A stretch of 64,000 nt of DNA, from positions 1,344,001 through 1,408,000 of the forward strand of contig CAXXKM010000001.1 of the NCBI GenBank assembly GCA_963664435.2. The letters are read 5' to 3'. The position numbers were made by a program, and so were the translations under genes. A model generated the notes under the pieces. That model saw only the letters and a program-made list of their open reading frames with translations. It searched no databases and was not told where the DNA came from. Source of the DNA: Longimicrobiales bacterium (GTDB lineage: Bacteria; Gemmatimonadota; Gemmatimonadetes; Longimicrobiales; Gaopeijiaceae). Shown here in pieces: positions 58,495 through 64,000 of the stretch (the stretch's first letter is position 1; the number at the start of each line of letters is the position of its first letter).

Positions 58495-61400
58495 TCAGCC
58501 GGACCGCGAGAGCGTCGATCCCGGTGCCTCAGGCAGCCCGCGCGCCTTCCACAGGTAGTAGACCACCGGGAAGAGCAGGAGCACCACGGCGCCCGACGTC
58601 ACGACCCCTCCGACCAGCGGCGCCGCGATCCGCTTCATCACGTCCGCGCCCGCGCCCGCGCTCCACATGATCGGCATCAGCCCGATCACATCGGTTGCGA
58701 TGGTCATCATGATCGGCCGCACGCGTTTGATCGACCCGGCCCGAATCGCCTGCGCAAGCGCCGCGCGATCGGTCAGCAGTCCGCGGTCGCGGTAGTCGCG
58801 CAGCGAGAGGTTGAGGTAGAGCAGAAACACGATCGCGGTCTCGGCATAGAGGCCCGCCAGCGCGATGATCCCGATCCAGACGGCGATGCTGAGGTCGTAG
58901 TTCAGCACCTGCAGCAGCCAGAACGACCCGGCGACCGCGAACGGTACGCCCAGCAGGACGAGGCAGGTCTCCGTCACGGACCGGTTGGCCAGGTAGATCA
59001 GGACGAAGATCAGGAGGAGGGTCATCGGAACCACGTACATGAGACGCCGCTCGGCGCGCTCGAGGTACTCGTACTGCCCGCTCCACGCGATCGTGTACCC
59101 CGGGGGCAGCACGACCCCGGCCGCGACCGCCTCCCGCGCGGACTCCACGTATCCGCCCATGTCCCCGTCGCGCAGATCGACGTACACCCAGGCGTTGGGC
59201 TTCGCGCCCTCGCTCTTGATGCTCGGGGGACCCACCACGTACTCCATTCCGGCCAGCTGTCCCAGCGGCACCTGGTGGCCCTGGGGCGTCGTCACCAGGA
59301 CGGCGCGCAACGCGGGCAGATCGTCCCGCAGTTCGCGGCTGTAGCGCAGGTTGACCGGATGGCGCGTGAGACCTTCCACCGTGGTCGTGACGTTCATCCC
59401 GCCGATCGCCGTCCGGATCACCTCCTGCACGTCCCTCACGGTGAGTCCGTGCCGGGCAATCGCCTCGCGGTCTATGTCGAAGTCGAGATAGTTGCCGCCC
59501 ATCACCCGGTCCGCGTACACGCTGGCGGTACCGGGAACGCCGCGCAGAACCTCCTCGATCTCGCGCCCCAGCCTCTCCAGCTCCGCCAGATCGGGACCGG
59601 CGATCTTGACGCCCACGGGCGTGCGGATTCCGGTCGACAGCATGTCGATCCGGCTCCGGATGGGCATGGTCCAGGCGTTGGTCAGCCCCGGAATCCGCAG
59701 GGCGGCGTCGAGTTCCTCGATGAGGCGCTCGGGCGTCATCCCCGACCGCCACTGGTCGCGCGGCTTGAGGGCGATGGTGGTTTCGATCATGGACAGGGGC
59801 GCGGGATCGGTCGCCGTTTCCGCCCGTCCGACCTTGCCGAACACGTGCTGGACCTCGGGGAAGGTGTAGATGATCCGGTCGGTCTGCTGCAGGATCTCGC
59901 GCGCCTCGGTGATCGAGACCCCGGGGAGCGTCGTGGGCATGTAGAGGAGGTCGCCCTCCCAGAGCGGGGGCATGAACTCCGATCCCAGCCGTGACAGCGG
60001 CACGGCGGTCGCCGCCAGCCCCAGAAGCGCGGCGGCGAGCACCCACGCCCGAAACCGCAGAGCCAGCGAGAGCACCGGCCAATACGCCCGGGCCAGGAAC
60101 CTGCCCAGCGGGGTGCGCGTCGGCGGGCGGATCTTCCCTCGCACCCAGTAGCCCACCAGCACCGGAACCAGCGTCACCGACAGGAGCGCCGCGGCCGCCA
60201 TGGCATAGGTCTTGGTGAAGGCAAGGGGCTTGAACAGCCGCCCCTCCTGCGCCTCGAGGGTGAAGACCGGCATGAACGAAACGGTGATCACCAGCAGCGC
60301 CAGGAAGAGCGACGGGCCCACCTCCCGCGCCGCGGAGGCGACAATCTCCCAGTGCGGCTTTCGGCCGCCGTCCTGGGCAAGGCGCCGGTGGGCGTTCTCG
60401 ACCATCACGATCCCGGCGTCGACCATCGTCCCGATCGCGACGGCGATCCCCCCCAGGGACATGATGTTGAGCGTCAGCCCCTGGATGCGCACCACGATCA
60501 GGGCCATCAGAATCCCGACGGGGAGCGCGATCACGGCCACGAGCCCGCTGCGCAGGTGGAAGAGGAACAGCAGGCACACCAGGCCCACGATCACGAGTTG
60601 CTGCGCGAGGCTCATGCGGATGCTTCCGACCGCCCGGTCGATCAGCGCGCTGCGGTCGTAGGCCACTTCGATCTCGACGCCCTCCGGCAGGCCCGGCGTC
60701 ACCTCGGCCAGCTTGTCCTTGACGTCGCGGATCACCCGCCGCGTGTCGGCGCCGGAGCGCACCACGACGATGCCGGCGACCGTCTCCCCCTCCCCGTTCC
60801 ACTCGGCGAGCCCGCGGCGTCCCTCCGGTCCCAGGCTCACGCGCGCCACGTCCTCGAGCAGGATCGGTGTCCCGTCCGCGCTCACGCCGAGGCCGATCCG
60901 GCGAATGTCGTCCACCGACCGGATGTAGCCGAGACCCCGGATCATGAACTCCCGCTCGGCGACCTCGATGAGGCCGCCCCCGACATCGCTGTTGCTCTCC
61001 TGGATGGCGGTGCGGATGGCCGAGATGGACAGATCGTATGCGCGCAGGCGATTCGGATCGACCGTGATCTGGTACTGGCGCACGAAGCCGCCCACGCTGG
61101 CCACTTCCGAGACCCCGGGCACCGCGGTCAGTTCATACTTGAGGAACCAGTCCTGGATCGCGCGCAGCTCCCCGAGGTCGTGACGGTCGGATCTGAGCGC
61201 GTAGACGAAGGCCCAGCCGACGCCGGTGGCATCGGGTCCGAGCCGGGGCGTGACGCCCGCCGGCAGTTGCCCGGAAAGGGCGTTCAGGTACTCCAGGACC
61301 CGGCTTCTGGCCCAGTAGAGGTCGGTTCCGTCCTCGAAGATGACATAGACGAAGGACACCCCGAAGAACGAGTACCCGCGCACCACCTGCGCGAACGGCG

Positions 61401-61626
61401 CCGCCAGCATCTGGGTGGCGACGGGGTAGGTGACCTGGTCCTCGACGATGCGCGGCGCCTGGCCCGGATAATCCGTCTGGATGATGACCTGGACGTCGGA
61501 GAGATCCGGGATCGCATCGATGGGCGTGCGGGACAGCGAGAAGATGCCCGCGACCACGACGGCGAGGGCGCCGACGAGAATCAGGGGCCGGTTTCTGATG
61601 GAGCCGTCGATGATGCGCGCGAACAT
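58495..61626 (-). CDS. cusA: Cu/Ag efflux RND permease CusA
   Basis: DAIPDLSDVQV, LYWARSRVLEYL, Met triad contexts LYMPTT / LSMIET / IDMLSTG. Confidence 0.93.
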   Translation of the reverse strand: MFARIIDGSIRNRPLILVGALAVVVAGIFSLSRTPIDAIPDLSDVQVIIQTDYPGQAPRIVEDQVTYPVATQMLAAPFAQVVRGYSFFGVSFVYVIFEDGTDLYWARSRVLEYLNALSGQLPAGVTPRLGPDATGVGWAFVYALRSDRHDLGELRAIQDWFLKYELTAVPGVSEVASVGGFVRQYQITVDPNRLRAYDLSISAIRTAIQESNSDVGGGLIEVAEREFMIRGLGYIRSVDDIRRIGLGVSADGTPILLEDVARVSLGPEGRRGLAEWNGEGETVAGIVVVRSGADTRRVIRDVKDKLAEVTPGLPEGVEIEVAYDRSALIDRAVGSIRMSLAQQLVIVGLVCLLFLFHLRSGLVAVIALPVGILMALIVVRIQGLTLNIMSLGGIAVAIGTMVDAGIVMVENAHRRLAQDGGRKPHWEIVASAAREVGPSLFLALLVITVSFMPVFTLEAQEGRLFKPLAFTKTYAMAAAALLSVTLVPVLVGYWVRGKIRPPTRTPLGRFLARAYWPVLSLALRFRAWVLAAALLGLAATAVPLSRLGSEFMPPLWEGDLLYMPTTLPGVSITEAREILQQTDRIIYTFPEVQHVFGKVGRAETATDPAPLSMIETTIALKPRDQWRSGMTPERLIEELDAALRIPGLTNAWTMPIRSRIDMLSTGIRTPVGVKIAGPDLAELERLGREIEEVLRGVPGTASVYADRVMGGNYLDFDIDREAIARHGLTVRDVQEVIRTAIGGMNVTTTVEGLTRHPVNLRYSRELRDDLPALRAVLVTTPQGHQVPLGQLAGMEYVVGPPSIKSEGAKPNAWVYVDLRDGDMGGYVESAREAVAAGVVLPPGYTIAWSGQYEYLERAERRLMYVVPMTLLLIFVLIYLANRSVTETCLVLLGVPFAVAGSFWLLQVLNYDLSIAVWIGIIALAGLYAETAIVFLLYLNLSLRDYRDRGLLTDRAALAQAIRAGSIKRVRPIMMTIATDVIGLMPIMWSAGAGADVMKRIAAPLVGGVVTSGAVVLLLFPVVYYLWKARGLPEAPGSTLSRSG

Positions 61627-61638
61627 GGCCGGTCTCCG

Positions 61639-63102
61639 TCAGCGCGGGGGGCGGGTGCCGGAGGCTGCGGCGGGCATCGCCCCGGACTCGCCCGGCGGGG
61701 GGCCCTGTGCGCCCGGCATCTCCCCGTGCGGCATCTCGCCGTCCGCCCCGGACTCCGCCCCGCTCAACAGCTGGGAGATGGCGGCCTTGAGGTTGGCGTC
61801 GGCGTCGATGAGGAACTGGGACGAGACCAGAACCTGCTCTCCCGGGGCCAGCCCGGACGTCACCTCCTGCATCCCCTCGCTCTCGGTTCCCAGCAGGACC
61901 TCGCGCGGCTCGAACACGCCCCCGCCCCTGGCCACGATCACCACCGCGCGCGTGCCGCTGTGCAGCACCGCCTCGGACGCCACCATCACGGCGTCGGACG
62001 CGCCGGTGGCCCGCGCGGTCACGTCGACGTACATCCCGGGCCGGAGCCGCAGGTCGGCGTTGGCCACCTCCACGAACGCCGTGAGCGTCCTGGTCTGCGA
62101 GTTCACAGCCGGACGAAAGAAGAGGATGCGCCCGTCCCATTGCCGGCCCGGGAACGCGTCTGCCTCGATCTCCACGGCCTCGCCCTCCCCCACATGCCTC
62201 AGATCGTCCTCGTAGAACTCGGTCTCGGCCCAGAGGGTTGAGTGATCGGCGATCTTCAGGACCGTCATCCCGGGCTCGATCCGCAGCCCCTCCATCGAGT
62301 CGCCCATCTTCTCGACGATGAAGCCGGTGGCGGGCGAAAACACCCGGACCGTGCGCGCCACCGTCCCCGATTCGGCCAGTTCGTCGATCTGCGCCTCGGT
62401 CATGTCCCAGTAGAGCAGGCGCTCCCGGGTCGCCTCCAGGAGGGACTGTGCGCGCTCGATCGCCTCCGCGTAGGCCCCGCTGTCCCGCAGGCGCCGGAGG
62501 TAGTCCATCGCCCCGATGAACTCGCGCTGGGTCGTGACCAGCTCCGGGCTGTAGATCTCGAAGAGGACGTCGCCCCTTTCGACCGTCTCGCCCACGTTGT
62601 TGACGCTGGCCTGCTCGATCCAGCCCGCGTACTTGGTCTGGACCGAGACCACCCGCTCCTCGTTGTGCGCCAGGATGCCGACCGTGCGGATGAAGACGGG
62701 GAGCGAGCCGCGCTGCACGCCGGCCGTGCGCACGGCGAAGTTCTGCAGAAAGCTCGAGCTCACCCGGACCTGGCCGTCCGCAAGGCCTTCGTCCGCGTAG
62801 ACCGGAACCAGATCCATCCCCATGGGCGACTTTCCCGGTTGGTCGGATGTGTAGTTGGGATCCATGGGCGCCCGCCAGTAGAGGATCCTGCGTGCAGCCG
62901 CGTCCCCGGCCATCGCCGCATCGGCGCCGACCGCTCCGGCCTCTCCATGGGATGCGTGGTCCCCGCTCTCTCCGGCTCCCGGCGGTGCCCCGGTCATTGG
63001 CTCGCCCGGCAGGATACGCGTCAACAGCAGCGCCCCGCCCGCGCCGATCACCACGCCAAGCGCCACGATTGCCGCGAATTGAAGTCTCTTCGTGTTCCTC
63101 AT
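61639..63102 (-). CDS. cusB: CusB-like membrane fusion protein
   Basis: YWRAPMDPNY...PGKSPMGMDLVP, YSPEL, SQFLIDADANL. Confidence 0.88.
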   Translation of the reverse strand: MRNTKRLQFAAIVALGVVIGAGGALLLTRILPGEPMTGAPPGAGESGDHASHGEAGAVGADAAMAGDAAARRILYWRAPMDPNYTSDQPGKSPMGMDLVPVYADEGLADGQVRVSSSFLQNFAVRTAGVQRGSLPVFIRTVGILAHNEERVVSVQTKYAGWIEQASVNNVGETVERGDVLFEIYSPELVTTQREFIGAMDYLRRLRDSGAYAEAIERAQSLLEATRERLLYWDMTEAQIDELAESGTVARTVRVFSPATGFIVEKMGDSMEGLRIEPGMTVLKIADHSTLWAETEFYEDDLRHVGEGEAVEIEADAFPGRQWDGRILFFRPAVNSQTRTLTAFVEVANADLRLRPGMYVDVTARATGASDAVMVASEAVLHSGTRAVVIVARGGGVFEPREVLLGTESEGMQEVTSGLAPGEQVLVSSQFLIDADANLKAAISQLLSGAESGADGEMPHGEMPGAQGPPPGESGAMPAAASGTRPPR

Positions 63103-64000
63103 GATCCCTCCTCCCCCGGAGATGACGCTCCCTCCTCCGGAAAGGGCGAGCCGATGGCTCGTTCCATGTCGGCCAGCGCCTTCATGTAGTCGGCCCGCAT
63201 GCGCGCGAGGCCGAGGCGGACGTCCAGCAGGACGGACTCGCTGTCCAGCAACTCCAGCACGCCCGTGACGCCGGCCGAATACGCCTCCTCGGTGGCGCGC
63301 AGGGCCTGCTTCGCCTGCGGGAGCAGCGCGCGTTCGAAGAGGGCCAGCTGCCCCTCGATGGTGGTCAGGCGGAACGCGGTCGAGCGGACGGCGAAGGCCA
63401 CCTCGTTGACCGCGTCGCGGTATCCTTCCTCGGCAGCGGAGAGGCGCGCGGCGGCCTCGCGCATGCCCGCGTCGTAGCTCGACCTGAAGACGGGAATGCT
63501 CGCTCCCAGGGTGAGGCTGTAGGTGTCGCGCCCGTTGTCCGGCGGGGGATCGCTGCGGCCCGGGTCGTCGCGCCGGTCGAGGACGCTGCCCCAGGCGAGG
63601 CCGATGGAGAAGTCGGGCCGGTACCGGCGACGAGCCAGGCGCATGGCCCGCTCGTTGCTCTCGATCCGCAGCCGGGCCGACCTCACCTCCGGCCTGGCGC
63701 CGAGCCCGGCCGCCCGCAGTTGTTCATCATCAACGCTGGCCGCCGGGCGCTCCCCGATCTCGATCGTCGGGATGGGGGCATCCACCGGCCGATTCGCGAA
63801 GATGTTGAGCCCGGCTTCGAAGTCGGTCCGCTGCCGCAGGAGTTCCCGCCGCCGGCTCAGGACGCGCGTGACTTCCGCCTGGAGCTTGAGCACGGCCTGC
63901 TGCTGCCCGAAGCCCTGCGAGTAGCGGGCCCGCGCGAGCGCCTCGTAGTGGAGGAGGAGCTGTTCCTCTTCGCCGGTGATGCGGAGGGCTTCATCCAGAT
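63099..64000 (-). CDS. TolC/CusC-like outer membrane protein (partial)
   Basis: OEP-type helices, stop overlaps the cusB start; runs off the window end. Confidence 0.85.
   Translation of the reverse strand, partial: LDEALRITGEEEQLLLHYEALARARYSQGFGQQQAVLKLQAEVTRVLSRRRELLRQRTDFEAGLNIFANRPVDAPIPTIEIGERPAASVDDEQLRAAGLGARPEVRSARLRIESNERAMRLARRRYRPDFSIGLAWGSVLDRRDDPGRSDPPPDNGRDTYSLTLGASIPVFRSSYDAGMREAAARLSAAEEGYRDAVNEVAFAVRSTAFRLTTIEGQLALFERALLPQAKQALRATEEAYSAGVTGVLELLDSESVLLDVRLGLARMRADYMKALADMERAIGSPFPEEGASSPGEEGS

Overview
GC-rich bacterial window. Gene content suggests Gemmatimonadota, possibly a Longimicrobiales/Palauibacter-like host-associated lineage; this is inference. From left to right: (1) a decaying defence locus (DUF262/GmrSD-like, Schlafen/AlbA-HATPase-wHTH, hsdR/ygjP remnant). 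(2) A Liv-type ABC/acyl-CoA ligase operon split by a ~9.6 kb tyrosine-recombinase element (5184-14779). The element has terminal inverted repeats, a duplicated operator-like module, an oriT-like palindrome, a FitAB/VapBC TA pair and two divergent HExxH metallopeptidase lipoproteins with secreted neighbours. (3) Two SLC13-TrkA_C permeases around an alginate-export-type porin. (4) A YVTN propeller plus a di-heme cytochrome. (5) An itaconate/mesaconate-type CoA cluster. (6) mazEF, YfcC and amidohydrolases. (7) A divergent ARPP-1/MerR pair. (8) A CzcCBA-like RND pump. (9) A DUF222-HNH gene containing a parS-like palindrome. (10) An MscS coupled to a degenerate P-loop protein. (11) A CusCBA pump. 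Many internally deleted gene scars are present. No rRNA, tRNA or CRISPR array was found. All family calls come from motif recognition by eye; no database search was run.
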